IMG/VR virus record: IMGVR_UViG_3300028564_000002
Source of the DNA: an uncultured virus (IMG/VR IMGVR_UViG_3300028564_000002)
Lineage: Duplodnaviria > Heunggongvirae > Uroviricota > Caudoviricetes
DNA: 64,000 nucleotides
Strand: one strand, 5' to 3'
In this document: one piece after another, positions 1 to 12,238 of the stretch
Layout: every line of letters begins with the position of its first letter
How positions within the stretch are numbered: the first letter of the stretch is position 1
Position numbers and translations under genes: made by a program
The notes under the pieces: model-generated
Seen by the model: only the letters and a program-made list of their open reading frames with translations
Told to the model about the DNA's origin: nothing
Database searches by the model: none

Positions 1-742
1 TAGTAAAACCTATTCTGCCCTTTTCATCAATTGAGCCATCGGTATCAAGTAAGCCGGCAAGTAAATCATATCTTTGTTCCACTGAGCCTAATAAAAATTC
101 TTGTGGTATGTATTTATCTTCTGACTTTAACTGCCATAATTCTGGGTATTCGCTTAATATGTCTTCAGTCCATACATTTTTGTGCTTTTCTTGATTAACC
201 AATTCAAAGCTCCAATTATAGTTATGGTCAGAGTTCTTCTTATAAGTTGAGTATCCTTGTCTATCACATATTGCTTTAACAAGTTCTTCGTCTGAGCTTG
301 AGAATGAAAAACTTTTGTTTGATAAATCATATCTAAAGCTTCCATCTCCAAGTATTAAGCCCATAACATAAGGGTCAATCGAATAAGACTTTTCAGGATA
401 CTTTACTGGTTCTGTTACTGGAATACTCCATCTATAGCGTCCCTTTGTATCATGAAGTCCACGAGGATTGTCGATTATATTTCTTAATGTTGTCGTTATC
501 AGTTTATTTGGATTTCTGTCATTCTTATTCGAATAGTAACTCCATAAATGCTCATCGCAGCATTCTGCAACTCTACCCGATTTAAAGTACACTTTATAGA
601 TTTCTTTCTTTTCTTGCTGAGGAAATACTTTCAGTACTTTAGTTGGATTACCAAATCTGTCAAAAAGTAAATCTCCAACTTTAATTTCGCCGACCGATTT
701 CCATCCATCTGGTGTTGGGATTCTTGTAAAATTTGGTAAGGC
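1..742 (-). mobile_element. LAGLIDADG intein in the DnaB P-loop (Ala-start, probably class 3), partial
   Basis: After GVGK it begins ALPNFTRIPTPDGWKSVGEIKVGD. Block B is ECCDEHLW; the LAGLIDADG blocks are YVMGLILGDGS and LLAGLLDTDGS. Confidence 0.85.
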
Positions 743-1423
743 TTTACCAACACCAGAACCAGCAGAACGTAAATAAAATTTACCCTTTCTGCCGCCTCGT
801 GTAATGGCATTTATAATCTTTCCCTAAAGTTGACATCCTATTTCAGGCTTTTCTTTTAGGGATATAATAAGTTGTTCAATACCATCTGTTGCCTTTGATT
901 CCTCAACAACGCTTTTAAGAACAAACTTACTTTCATAACCGTTGATTTCCATTTTGAGCATATTGAGAATATCCTCAACAGTCATTTGCTCAAAACGTTC
1001 ATTTATCTCAGCATACTTTGGATTGAAAATATCTTCACAATAAATCTCATCCATAGGTCTGCCAGACTTCTGTAAATCTCTTACGAAATTCAGCTTTTTA
1101 AGTTTATGATAGTAATACTTAAAGTTAGCTGGGTCGCCCGCTGTTTCGCAGTCTTGTAAGAATGTTTCGCCATTTTCTTCTTCCAACAGGCTGGCGGCGG
1201 AAACATTGTTTTTTAAGTAGTTAATAACATCTACACTTCGGATGTTGTTTGCTCCATCGCCACTGTTGTATAGATTGTTAATTGCTGAAAATATGAACTT
1301 ATCAAGTGAAGTAGGAAAATCACTTAATTCAAATCTGTATTTGTCGATATCGTTTAAAAATTCGGGATGATTCATAAGTCCACCAAGGACTTGAATAACC
1401 GTGTGACGGTCAATTTTTATCAC
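1..1423 (-). CDS. dnaB: Replicative DNA helicase (DnaB-like) containing an intein; runs off the window edge
   Basis: Reading TAG 824-826 as sense joins the N-terminal ORF to GKIINAITRGGRKGKFYLRSAGSGVGK (Walker A). The frame stays open to position 1. Confidence 0.85.
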
Positions 1424-2136
1424 TCAGCATCACCTACAATCTGGTCAAGGTCAATCATTTTCTTTTTCTTCTTTGCACCAATATAATCACTTGGATTATA
1501 TTTAATTTCGATACGGTCTTGTTCAAGCTGTTTCTCAATAGCTTGTTCAACTTCAATCCTTTTCTTTTCTTGCTGTCTGTAATAAGACGCCGCCTTGTCA
1601 TAAATATAAGGAATAATTCCTATTGTCTTATACTTATCAGAAACAGGATGCTTTTCTATCTCATAGAAGAATTTTAATGTTAACAGCTGAGACTTGTAGT
1701 TCATTCCCATTTTATTGAATTTTTGCATTTGAGTCACATTCCAATCACTTACTGGCTTATCGCCGTCGGCACCAAATAAACGATAAATATAAAACCATAA
1801 AGCGTCTCTATCATCATTTATTTTTTCCTTCAACTTTAAATTCTCTTCATTCAAATGATTCTTTACAGTAGAAGGGGAGATACCCAATTCTTTTGCTACC
1901 TACGCCATGTTTTTACAAGCCTTGTATTTTTCATTAATTTGAGCTATAAGCTCTTCGTCAATCTTTACCCTCTTTTTAGCTACTACCTCTACGGGCGCAC
2001 CATTGTAAACAGCAAGATATTTATTTACACTCGCAGAACTGATTCCAAGCTGTCTTGCGACTTCTGCTTTATTCTGATACTGCTCATATAAAACGGGAAT
2101 CTGCTCTATTGTCTTTTCATCAATTCTTTTTCCCAT
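1420..2136 (-). CDS. Tandem-HTH protein next to the helicase (possible loader or replication protein)
   Basis: Two track ORFs join in frame at TAG 1900-1902. Two HTH units: EVARQLGISSASVNKY and QVAKELGISPSTVKNH. Confidence 0.65.
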
Positions 2137-2231
2137 TTTAATCACCTTTCTTAATTTATTCTATATATATTATAACACAAATTACCAAAAAAGTCAAGAA
2201 TTTTATAAAGGCGGCATGAAGTCGCCCTTAA

Positions 2232-3452
2232 TTAAATCTTATCAAGATAATCTGCCGCACTTGCTACAATACTTCTTTCAATTCTGATAAGTTGTACTGT
2301 GGCAAACAAATCTGCCAATGGAGAATCGTGAAGATTAAGCAATAGCTTTAAACCATTTCTATCTTTAAAGATAGCACTATCTGCCTGATGAATGTCGCCA
2401 TCGAAGAAAATCTTTGTATTCTTACCACAACGAGCAAGAAGAAGTTTGATATGCTCTTCTGTAAGGTTTTCTGCTTCACTTACAAGAACAATAGAGTCAT
2501 CAAAATTACGACCTCTGATATATGCCACTGGGACGATTTCAAGCTTTTCCTCTGAAATCCATCTGTTTATTTGGTCGATACCAACCAAGTCAACAAGCGG
2601 ACCAATAGAAGGGAGTATCTTCTCCATCAAGTCACCTGGCAACGCGCCTAGTTCCATAGTGTTTTGTGTGTAAGAGTTGTTAGGAACATAGATAATTTTC
2701 TTAATCTTTTCCTTTTCAAGCTGACCAATAGCATAGTTGTGGGTAAGGAATGTTTTACCAGTTCCGAAATTACCGCCTGCATAGATAATTGGTACATCAT
2801 TTAACAGAGCATCTACCAAGCAAATCTGCTCAGGATTTCTTGGGAATACTTCATCGAGCCAATTGTTCTTAATTGCTCTACCTCTTATCTGATGGAACTT
2901 TGCACCGTCATATCTGAATATACTTGTATCACCGTATGATGCATCTTCATAGGGCGGCGGCACAATGAGGTATTCATTTACGCTGAATTTATAGTCTTCA
3001 GTTTCATAGTGACCTCTTTCGATTAAGCTAGAAAGCATTTCATTATACTCGTCCAAGTTATAATCATCAACGTTCATATAAACAATGCCGCAGTAATCAT
3101 CTTTCCAACTATAACCTTCAACTTTAACTCCTGCAAGCTATGCTCTTACTTTACAACCAACATCATTGGTAACAAGAGTTGCGTCTCTTTCTTTAGCAAT
3201 TTGAATAAGAACTCCGTCAGGGTCGTTATTCATATCCTTTGTAAGGTCCCACTCTAAATTGCTCATGTTCTTAGAAATATAAACTGCCGCCTTGCGAGCC
3301 TTCTATGCTACTTCGGGACTTTTATGTTTCTTAAGACCGTCAATTTCCATGAGTGTAACCATAGGAACAATCCAATATTCATCGAGTTTAGTAACAATCT
3401 GTGGAAAATCCATTATTACGTTTGCGTCAAGAATCTTAACATCTTTTTCCAT
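2232..3452 (-). CDS. phoH: PIN-domain PhoH-family ATPase
   Basis: With two TAGs read through, the N-terminal PIN motifs (ILDANV, EIDGLKK, LVTND) join the PhoH motifs GNFGTGKT, YIRGRNF and DGDIHQ. Confidence 0.85.
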
Positions 3453-3502
3453 TGTCTCACTCCTTATAAAAAATGGGGAAGATTAAATCTTCCCCACTTT
3501 GA

Positions 3503-5533
3503 TTACAGTATTTCCTTTATTTCATTCAGAACAACTTTTAACTTGTCAATCTGCTCTGGTAAAATTTCAGAAAATTTAGTGGGAGCACCAAATACCTGTT
3601 CAAGAATTTTACTTGCTTCTTCGACCTTTTCATTCTGAACCACCTTACCCCAAACTTCTCTTGCCTCTGTCATGAGTTCATCAAATGTCTGAACGACATA
3701 TGGGTTAACCTCATCAGAAGGTGCTTGTCCGCCTGAGTGTTTTATTTCCTCGTCAATAGCATCATAGATAGCATTTACAATGTTATCATAGCTGAACTCT
3801 ACACGAGGAACGATGTATTTAAAACGAGACTTAGCAAAGAATCTATCATCGCCACGGAAGAAGATAACTCTCTTTCTTTCGCCAGACTGTTCATCATTAA
3901 TCTCACGAATGTAACCGATGATATCAACCATCTTGTTTACAATATCATAAGGTCTCTGAGGAAGTGCTGGAGCATTCTGCTGATATTCCTCTCCTTTCTC
4001 GTCTTTAAGTGTTTTCTCTGTTGAGTGTGATATAAATATTAAGCCGTAACCTGCATAGGTTAAATCTCTGAATGTAGTTGAAAATTCCTTCTTAGCCATA
4101 TCATAGCCTTGTCCCCAAGGAATATCACCAAGCTTTTCAACTCCTGCCTAAGTACAAATGTACTTTACGCACAAGTCCCAAGCTGAGTCTACTGTATCGA
4201 TTGCAACTGAATCAAACTTCTCACGAACCTCAGCCTTTTTAATAAGCTGAGAAACAATTGTTTTCCAGTCGTTCCATGTCTTAGCAGGCTGAACATAAAC
4301 ATTGTTCAAAGCATTAGTTCCCATTTCAACGTTGATACCGTGTTTTTCAACATACTTTAACACTCATTTAAGAGTCGGACTAGACTATATCTTCTTCATT
4401 TTTAACCTCAAATATATTCGTTGCAATTATATATTTTCGAGGAAGATACATTTCTGCATCTTTATAGCAAGAAGTAATCAACTTCTTTACTAAAGCCTTT
4501 TTGGCAAGAGTTACACGATAATTTTTGCCATTTTGTGTAGGCTTATTGGTAATTTCCATTCCCGATACTTTTTCGCATAATAAGAGAAAATCATTACAAA
4601 TGTTTTTTGAATGAGAAGTGAAATTAACTCTATAATAGTTCTGATTAGGATAAATACTTCCATCGCCATCAATTAAACCTCTTAGAAAATCCTTTTCTAA
4701 AATTGCTGGAACTTTCGGTAAAACGTTTGTTAAATAGGTTTTATTTTTTACAACTCCGTATTTATTTAAATCTTTTACTATCTTATCGCTTCGAACTGTG
4801 CTTAGAAAACTTTCTTTATTTCCTCTTTTTGAATAGATAAGCTTTGATGTAATTCCAAGTTCTTCTCGATACTTTTCAAGCAAAGCAACATCAGAAGCCT
4901 TAAGTTCTAAGCGTAATTGAGATTGTTTGTCTTTTTCCTCTGTCACTGACCCATCTGTAAAAATTAACCCCAAAAAATATGCTTTATTAGGTGTATCAAT
5001 ATTTGTAAAATAATCTTCCTTTAAATTAACATTTATTTTTCTTACACGAAGTGGAATATCATTTTTAACTAATATATTTTTAATTCTTGGTTGTGTGCAA
5101 TGTCGCATTTTTGCAATATTTGTCATAGATAGTCCAGATAAGTAATCTTTACAAATTTCTTGCTCTTCTTTATCATCAATCATTCGCATTCTTTTCACCT
5201 CCTGTTGTAAAAATATAAGCAACTAATGAAGTGTGGCATTTCGTATTACTACTACTTAATTAAATAGTCGTTGAACCTTCCGCTGATTAGGCGGCTTGGC
5301 TGCTGATTGCCATATCTTTTAAGACTTAGGTTTCCCAGCAATTAACCACATTATTCAATATATATTACTATATAAGGGAGCTATTAAATTAACCCTGCAA
5401 TAAGAATCTTTGGGAACTATGCCGCCAGTGATGTTTTACCAACACCAGGTAATCCATAGAACATTGCATATTTACCTTTAAGGTTCTTGCTTATAACCTG
5501 TGGTTCAAGATTAAGTAAATCAATATTTGCCAT
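3503..5533 (-). CDS. AAA_24/Sak4-like ATPase, spliced (exon 1 5533-5392, exon 2 4329-3503)
   Basis: Walker A is YGLPGVGKT. The splice restores IAGFEMGTNAL. Walker B is VAIDTVD, followed by LIFISH. There is one in-frame TAG in each exon. Confidence 0.8.
4330..5391 (-). mobile_element. Group I intron in the ATPase gene
   Basis: The exon ends in U and the intron ends in G. Core elements AATCAGCAGCC, GTTCAACGACTA and AAGATATAGTC are present, and splicing restores the frame. Confidence 0.85.
4368..5189 (-). CDS. Intron-encoded LAGLIDADG homing endonuclease with N-terminal HTH
   Basis: Motifs YFLGLIFTDGSV and FLRGLIDGDGSI. The stop is at 4368 if TAG 4380 is read through. Confidence 0.85.
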
Positions 5534-5575
5534 TAGTCATTCCTCCTTTTAAAGTAATAGTGGTAATCTTGGTTA

Positions 5576-6499
5576 TTAGAAACCAAGATTATCGTTGAAT
5601 GACTTATTCTGTGACTTACCCTTTACGTTAGACTTTGTCTTCTGCTCCTGAACTCTACCCTGACGCTCATCAAGTGCAGCCTTGATGGCGTTGCTGTCGT
5701 AAGAAAATTCCTCTTCAAGACCTGATTGAGAACCACCAAGGATAATGAGTTCCTTACGAGAAATTGTCTTTGTTCTCTTGATTGACTCACCGAAGCCCTG
5801 CTCTTCATACCAAACCTTCTGAGTCTGATTGAAGCTGATTGCTCCATTTACGTTTACTGTGTCGCCGTCTTCCCAGTTTGACTCGATGAAGTTTACTGCG
5901 TTCTCTGAATCAGCAATAAGCTCAACAACATCAAGTCTACCCTTGTATCTTATAACACCAAACTTAACCTTAAGTCTGCCTGTCTCTTCGCCGTTCTGGT
6001 CAACCTCTCTTGTTCTACCAAGAATAACACCAGAAAGCTCAAATCTTGCGCCCTCTTCAAAGTCGCCCTTAGCAGGATTCATAAAGTTAGAACCAATCTG
6101 CCATGTAGTTCTTGCTTCACCACTATTTGGGTCAACCCAAATATTCTCTTCAATATGAGCCGCATTGATAACAACTTTAGAAGCGAGGCTCTTATCCTCG
6201 TCTGGGAGAGCAGCAAGTGAAGTAAATGTCTGAGGGAAATTAGCAATAGCAGTATAAATCTTGCTTACTGCGCTGCCGTCAGACTTCATCTTCATTGAGA
6301 AAAATTTTACAGGAATCTCGTTCTCAATCATCTTTCCGCCGACTTCCTGGTCCACCTTAATAACTGCCTTTGCCTGAACGTAGTCACGACCATCTGCGGT
6401 TGACTTCTCTTCAACATCAAGCTGGCTAAGAATACCAGAAATATTACATACGTTTGTGCTTTCACTCTGCATAATGTTTAACATATTAAAATCCTCCAA
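5576..6499 (-). CDS. Putative single-stranded DNA-binding protein
   Basis: Two OB-fold-like halves and a tail ending DNLGF; adjacent to the Sak4-like ATPase. Confidence 0.55.
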   Translation of the reverse strand: MEDFNMLNIMQSESTNVCNISGILSQLDVEEKSTADGRDYVQAKAVIKVDQEVGGKMIENEIPVKFFSMKMKSDGSAVSKIYTAIANFPQTFTSLAALPDEDKSLASKVVINAAHIEENIWVDPNSGEARTTWQIGSNFMNPAKGDFEEGARFELSGVILGRTREVDQNGEETGRLKVKFGVIRYKGRLDVVELIADSENAVNFIESNWEDGDTVNVNGAISFNQTQKVWYEEQGFGESIKRTKTISRKELIILGGSQSGLEEEFSYDSNAIKAALDERQGRVQEQKTKSNVKGKSQNKSFNDNLGF

Positions 6500-6584
6500 G
6501 TAAATAAATAAAAATTTTTAATTAAAGTAGATTAGGAAGGCGGCGGAGAATTAACTCCGCCTCAATCCTTTGCAAATAGGTTAA

Positions 6585-6878
6585 TTATTCAGCAGTTGCT
6601 ACTGCGTCTGGGTCGTAGTTCATACCTGCCTCTGTGAGGTAGAATACTGATACAGTCTTTGTCTTGCCCTCTTCGCCAGTAGGTCTCTCTTCCTTCTCAC
6701 GAACTGCAAGCTCCTTCTTTACAAGACCTGTAATTGAGCCAACGACTGCTGCTGTAGTCTCGAAACCAAGTGCATCTGCAACTTCCTTATGTGTGAACTT
6801 TACGCCTACACCGTTACCCTTAAGAAAATCGAGCACCTTTCTGCTGTTCTCTGTCATACCTTTCTTTGCTGTTGCCAT
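6585..6878 (-). CDS. Small winged-helix DNA-binding protein
   Basis: Pattern KVLDFLK...THKEVADALG...VFYLTEAG. Confidence 0.55.
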   Translation of the reverse strand: MATAKKGMTENSRKVLDFLKGNGVGVKFTHKEVADALGFETTAAVVGSITGLVKKELAVREKEERPTGEEGKTKTVSVFYLTEAGMNYDPDAVATAE

Positions 6879-6984
6879 TTTACATCACTCCTTAAAATTA
6901 ATTTTATCAAATAGCTTTTTGCTATTTTTACATATTATTATATCACATTTTGTAGAAGAAGTCAACTTTTTAACTTTACATTTT

Positions 6985-7386
6985 TTATAATTTTTTAGCT
7001 GAGTCATCCAATGTGTTATAACCGTTTGGTCTTTCATCGCCTGGGGCGAGTTTTGTATAAAGGTCAAAACAATGTGCTTGTGCCTTTTTCATTACTGCTA
7101 TCTTCTTTTCAGCACTTAGCTGACAATACCAGAGAGCAACTGATATATATGAAACTTCCAAAAGTGAAAGGTCATAATCATTCTTTTCAAGCTTTATTCT
7201 TATGTTGTCATATTTGTGAATATCGTTATCAACATCTTGATAAGCCTTGATAGCTTTTTCATCCTGCAATTTCTGAGGGTCTGTTACATCCCTAAGACTG
7301 AGAAAAGTATCAATAGTTGCTTGAAGAGCGGCAATACAAGAATCTTTATTCTGTTTGACCACTTCAATTTTTTCTTCGAGAGTCAT
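6985..7386 (-). CDS. Hypothetical protein
   Basis: ORF with GGAGG RBS and an upstream promoter. Confidence 0.6.
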   Translation of the reverse strand: MTLEEKIEVVKQNKDSCIAALQATIDTFLSLRDVTDPQKLQDEKAIKAYQDVDNDIHKYDNIRIKLEKNDYDLSLLEVSYISVALWYCQLSAEKKIAVMKKAQAHCFDLYTKLAPGDERPNGYNTLDDSAKKL

Positions 7387-7448
7387 TTGTTTTCCCTCCC
7401 TTCATTTTCTATAATTATTATATCATAGATTGTGGTAAAAGTCAAGTT

Positions 7449-9809
7449 TTAAGCTTTTACCAAATCTACAATTTCAGCATTTTCTGGTAAAGACATTGCC
7501 TTTAAACCAGTGGATTCTCTTGACTGAACCTTTATTTCAGAGGTATTAGTTTTAAGTAATCCTTTATTTGATATAATAATTATATCGCAATCTTCCTTAA
7601 AAGTCAAGAAATTGATTATTCTATCTTCATCACGAACTTTAGAAATTTTCTTACCTTTTGTTCCTCTTGTGCAAACAGGGAACTCTTCAATGTCAGTCTT
7701 CTTGATAAGACCATTAGCACTGATAGTAGCAAGATAATTACCGTTAATGATATGTGAAGCAATTACACGGTCACCGTCAGAGAGTTTGATTGCTCTTACA
7801 CCCTGAGTAACTCTACCTACCTCATTCACATCATCTGTATTAATTATAACACAGTTTCCGTTAAAAGTCAAGATTCCGATTTTTTCTTCGTTCATAAAAT
7901 GAACTGATACAACTTCGTCGCCTTCCTTAAGATTTATAGCCTTTGTAGCCTTTGTCTTCTTAAGATTGTATTCTTCCGCAGAAGTCTTTTTAATCATACC
8001 ATTTTTGGTGATAAAAGTAAAGTATTTAACTTTATTCTTGCGGCAAAGCGATGTGATTGTTGTTGGCTTTTCACCCTTCTCAAACTCGAAAAGTTGAGCG
8101 ATATTTACTTTCGCATTTACAGGTAGCTCGTCAATAGAGAGTGTATACATTTTTCCGAAGTTAGAGAATACAAGAAGTGAACTGAAGTTATCGTCGTTAA
8201 TTGTCTTAAGGATGATTTCATTATCAGCTAACTTAACCTTTGAACCCTTGCCACCGCGGCGCTGTTTCATAAGAGTTGAACTCTCTACTGTATGAATATT
8301 GCCGAGGTTAGTGTAGTAAATCAAAAGTTCTTTCTTCTCAACAGGCTCAGCCTCTTCCTCCTTCTCCTTAGAGAAGTCAAGGTCAATCAACTTAGTTCTA
8401 CGTTCATCGCCATATTTCTTCATGACGGCACGCATACCATTTTCAATTTCCTTGTAAAGAAGATTATTGTCATTAAGGATGTTATCAATACTTGCTACAT
8501 CAGCAAGAGCCTGAGTCTTTTCATCCTTTAAAGACTGTATTTCAAGACCGATAAGGCGACCAAGAGGCATTTTGAGAATAGCTGAAGCCTGTGGGTCATT
8601 AAAACCATAACGTTCAACAAGTCTTGCCTTAGCTTCATCCTTGTTTGGAGCAGTCTTGATTATTTCAACAACATCATCAATATTGGCAATAGCTATAAGA
8701 AGACCATCAATGATATTAACTCTTGCAAGAAGTTTATTCTTCTCATACTGGTACATATCAATCTTACAGTCAATCTCATGGTCTATGTGAGCAAGTAAAG
8801 CTTCCTTCCAAGTATAAACCTTTGGGAATCTACCACCTTCAAGCATAGTCATATTGATTGTATAGCTATTCTGTAATGATGTAAGTTTGAACAGTTGCTT
8901 AGTTATTCTGCTTGGGTTTGCGCCCTTTTCAAGAACAACCTTGATTTTAGATACACTGGTAGACAAGTCATTTACCTTAGCGATACCAAGAAGTTCGCCT
9001 TTCTCTACCAATTCCTTAATCTGATGCATTACTGTGCCGGCATATGTTCCATAAGGAATTTCTGTAAAGTATATAGCATTTTCCTTATCATCATATTCAG
9101 CAGTACTACGCAGTTTAATTGCGCCGCCGTGTCCTACTTCCATAAGTTCCTTAACTCTTGAAGCATTAAGGATAGTACCACCAGTGCAGAAGTCAGGAGC
9201 ACAATAGATTTCATCGAATGGAATATCTCTATTCCAAAGCAACTTAATCATAGCTTCATTTACTTCATTGAGGTTAAACTGTGGAATTGAACTTGCAAGA
9301 CCTGTTGCAATACCAGTAGAACCATTACAAATGTTATAGAAACCAAAACTTGGAACTACGGCAGGAAACTGCTCTGTATCATCATAGTTATCATGCCATT
9401 CATTTATACATTCCTTATCAATGCCGTCAAAAAGCATACAACCAAGTTCTCCAAGTCTCATTTCAGTATAACGTGGAGAAGATGCCTTACCATCAGTAGC
9501 ATGACCATACTGACCATCAAAGTCTTCAAGAGTATATCTCATGCTAAAAGGCTGAGCCATTCTTACAAGTAAATCATAGCAGGCTGCATCGCCATGAACA
9601 TAAAAGTGGTCCATGGCGGCAGAAACTGACTTTACTGATTTCTTGAAAGGGTGCTTGTATGTAATTTTGTCAAGATACTGAGCATACATACATTGACGAG
9701 CGGCAGGTTTAATTGCATCTCGTGCATCTACAATGGCTCTATCTTCAATTGTCATTCCCGCATAAATACGGAAACTTTCGTCAACAATATCTAAAAGATT
9801 TATTTCCAT
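7449..9809 (-). CDS. gyrA: DNA gyrase subunit A
   Basis: VHGD, active-site PRYTE, GIATG, GyrA box QRRGGKG and beta-pinwheel repeats. Confidence 0.9.
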   Translation of the reverse strand: MEINLLDIVDESFRIYAGMTIEDRAIVDARDAIKPAARQCMYAQYLDKITYKHPFKKSVKSVSAAMDHFYVHGDAACYDLLVRMAQPFSMRYTLEDFDGQYGHATDGKASSPRYTEMRLGELGCMLFDGIDKECINEWHDNYDDTEQFPAVVPSFGFYNICNGSTGIATGLASSIPQFNLNEVNEAMIKLLWNRDIPFDEIYCAPDFCTGGTILNASRVKELMEVGHGGAIKLRSTAEYDDKENAIYFTEIPYGTYAGTVMHQIKELVEKGELLGIAKVNDLSTSVSKIKVVLEKGANPSRITKQLFKLTSLQNSYTINMTMLEGGRFPKVYTWKEALLAHIDHEIDCKIDMYQYEKNKLLARVNIIDGLLIAIANIDDVVEIIKTAPNKDEAKARLVERYGFNDPQASAILKMPLGRLIGLEIQSLKDEKTQALADVASIDNILNDNNLLYKEIENGMRAVMKKYGDERRTKLIDLDFSKEKEEEAEPVEKKELLIYYTNLGNIHTVESSTLMKQRRGGKGSKVKLADNEIILKTINDDNFSSLLVFSNFGKMYTLSIDELPVNAKVNIAQLFEFEKGEKPTTITSLCRKNKVKYFTFITKNGMIKKTSAEEYNLKKTKATKAINLKEGDEVVSVHFMNEEKIGILTFNGNCVIINTDDVNEVGRVTQGVRAIKLSDGDRVIASHIINGNYLATISANGLIKKTDIEEFPVCTRGTKGKKISKVRDEDRIINFLTFKEDCDIIIISNKGLLKTNTSEIKVQSRESTGLKAMSLPENAEIVDLVKA

Positions 9810-9862
9810 TTTTCTCACTCCTTTAATAAGATTATATCATTATTTTTCTTAAAAGTCAAATT

Positions 9863-12174
9863 TTAGATTGTACCAAATTTTGAAAAATCGATTCGTGAGA
9901 AAACGAAGTCTCTTCTTGGTTCTATGTCTACGCCCATAAGACTGCAAAGCTGTATAATACCCTCGTTAGAGTAAACAATCTTATCCATCTTCTGGTGTCC
10001 ATCAGTTGAGAACATAGTTGCCTTAAGGTCCTTTTCATTGAGCTGTCCAAGACCTTTGACACGCTTGATATTGCCCTTTGTCTTACCACGAGCGGCATTA
10101 AACTCTTCATCAGTATACCAACAATTCAATGGAGTACCATTCTTATCCTGTTCAATGAACAGTGGAGAACGAAGCCAGTAGATTCTGTTTTCCTCCAAGA
10201 ACTTAGGGCAAATTCTGTAAAGGTTTGCCAAGATAAGAAGAGCAATATGATATCCGTCATCCATGTAACCCAGCCTTTCGAACTGGCACTGACTATATTT
10301 TACTCTCAATTGAGAGAATGCTCTTTCCCAGTGCGTGTCAATAGCACCGGTACTCTCCTTCACGGAGATAGTCGATACACCCTTCATTTATTAATCCATT
10401 TCTTTTACCAATATAAATTTTATTATTTAGCTTATTTGTAATTTTATAAATTCCTATCATAGCTATCACCACCATAATAGAAATGGATTAATTCTGATTA
10501 GCACGGTATTCCCTTTATCTCACCATATTTCAGGTTTAGGGTTTCTTAGTCAGATTATTCGTCCTTGGGTTTGCCTATTATCTCTTGCGGTTTCAATAGG
10601 CGGTCTTATTTCTCTGATACCGTTAGCCTACGTTTATATGTAGACCGTCCTGACGAGGACTAAAGCATTTTCGGACAATGTTACTTATCCGCATCAACAC
10701 AAATAGCAATCTTACCATATCTCAATTTGTTTGGGTCATACTTGTCAGGATTGATTCCGAGAGCATAAAGAAGAAGTTCAATCTCCTTGTTGTTGTAATA
10801 CTCATCGTCATTATCAACCTTAAGTCCATTAATCATCTTACCACGCAAACGAAGAATACCATACTTTTTAGTATCACGTCCTGCGGCGGCAGCGTTACCA
10901 GCAGAATCTCCTTCAACAACACAAAGGATAGAATCCTGTCCAAGATTTTCTGCATCTGATAACTTATCAATGAACTCAATTTTCTTCTTGCTCAAATCCT
11001 GATACTTCTTCTGTCTGTTAAGTGCTTCCTTTCTTGCCTTATCAGCAGCCTTTTCAGCATTAGCAAACTTAGTCATCATTTCAATGATAACTGGGAAGTC
11101 TGGTGAATGGGATAATTCTTCAAGAGCCTCATCAAATGCCTGTGAAGCAAGTGTAGCAAGATTTGGATTGTTAATCTTATTCTTTGTCTGGTTAGCAAAA
11201 GAAGGATTAACAACGCGGCAGTTTACTGCGAAGATAAGACCTCTACGAATAATCTCAGGGTCAAAATTCTTACCACTTAAAGACTTAATCTTTGTGGTGA
11301 TTTTTCTTTTCGCACCAGTAATAGGTGAGCCGCCAAAAGGACAGTAAAGACCATTAACGAATACGTATTCCTGTGAAGGGTCACCAGTCCACATGAAAGC
11401 TATTTCCAATTCATCATATTCGTCTTTAGCAGACGCAATGATTGGAGCCTTCATAAGAGGACTTTCAACCTTATCTCTGATGAAATCAGCAATACCGTTT
11501 TCAGAATAGAACTCCTGAGTCTTGCCCTTCTCATTTGAGACGATGAAGTGAACACCCTTATTGAGGTAAGAAATGTTCTTTATTTCCTCACATATTCTGT
11601 CATAAGAAAAGCCTTCAGTCATATTTTGAAATACTTCCTTGTCAGGCTTAAAGTAGACAAGAGTGCCGTTCTTTCTTCTTTCTTTAGTTACATCACCAAT
11701 ATTTGCAAGTGAATCTTCCTTATAGTCCTTCAGAATACCCTTGTCAAATATAGCTTCTGCGAATCTCTCTTCACGAATACTACGCACATTGAAAAATTCT
11801 GAACTCATACATACAGCTGTACCACCGATACCGTTAAGACCAGAACTATTCTTGTAAGCATTTTTATCAAACTTACCGCCAGTGTGGCTTTCAGTATAAA
11901 TAGCAACAAGAATATTTCTGCCATTCTTTATACCAAAAGGAACACCACGTCCATAGTCTCGAACAGATACGCTGTTCTTCTCTTCGTCAACATTGACTTC
12001 AATTCTGTCACCATAGCCAGCGAGGGCTTCATCGGTAGAGTTGTTAATAATTTCTTTAAGTGCTTGATAGATACCATCTGTTGTGTCTGAGCCAAGATAC
12101 ATTTGTATACGTGTACGCATGGCTTCTCGAGTTTCCAAATGGTTTATAGAATCAATGCCATAATTATCTGCCAT
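9863..12174 (-). CDS. gyrB: DNA gyrase subunit B, spliced (exon 1 12174-10687, exon 2 10261-9863)
   Basis: GHKL motifs (EIINNSTDE, DYGRGVP, GLNGIG) and VEGDSA. The splice restores the TOPRIM motif DADDDGYHI, followed by KGLGQ. Confidence 0.9.
10262..10686 (-). mobile_element. ORF-less group I intron in gyrB
   Basis: The 5' exon end GGAU pairs with GUCC (P1). Core elements GTATCGACTATC and AAAATATAGTC are present, and the terminal G precedes GAT GAC GGA. Confidence 0.85.
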
Positions 12175-12238
12175 CTAAATTCCTCCTTAATCATATTACA
12201 TTTAAATTATAACATAAAATAAAAAGAAAGTCAAGATT

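Noticed and set aside
10262..10686. T4 gene 60-style ribosomal bypass in gyrB
   Set aside because: The gap has group I core motifs and U/G splice boundaries.
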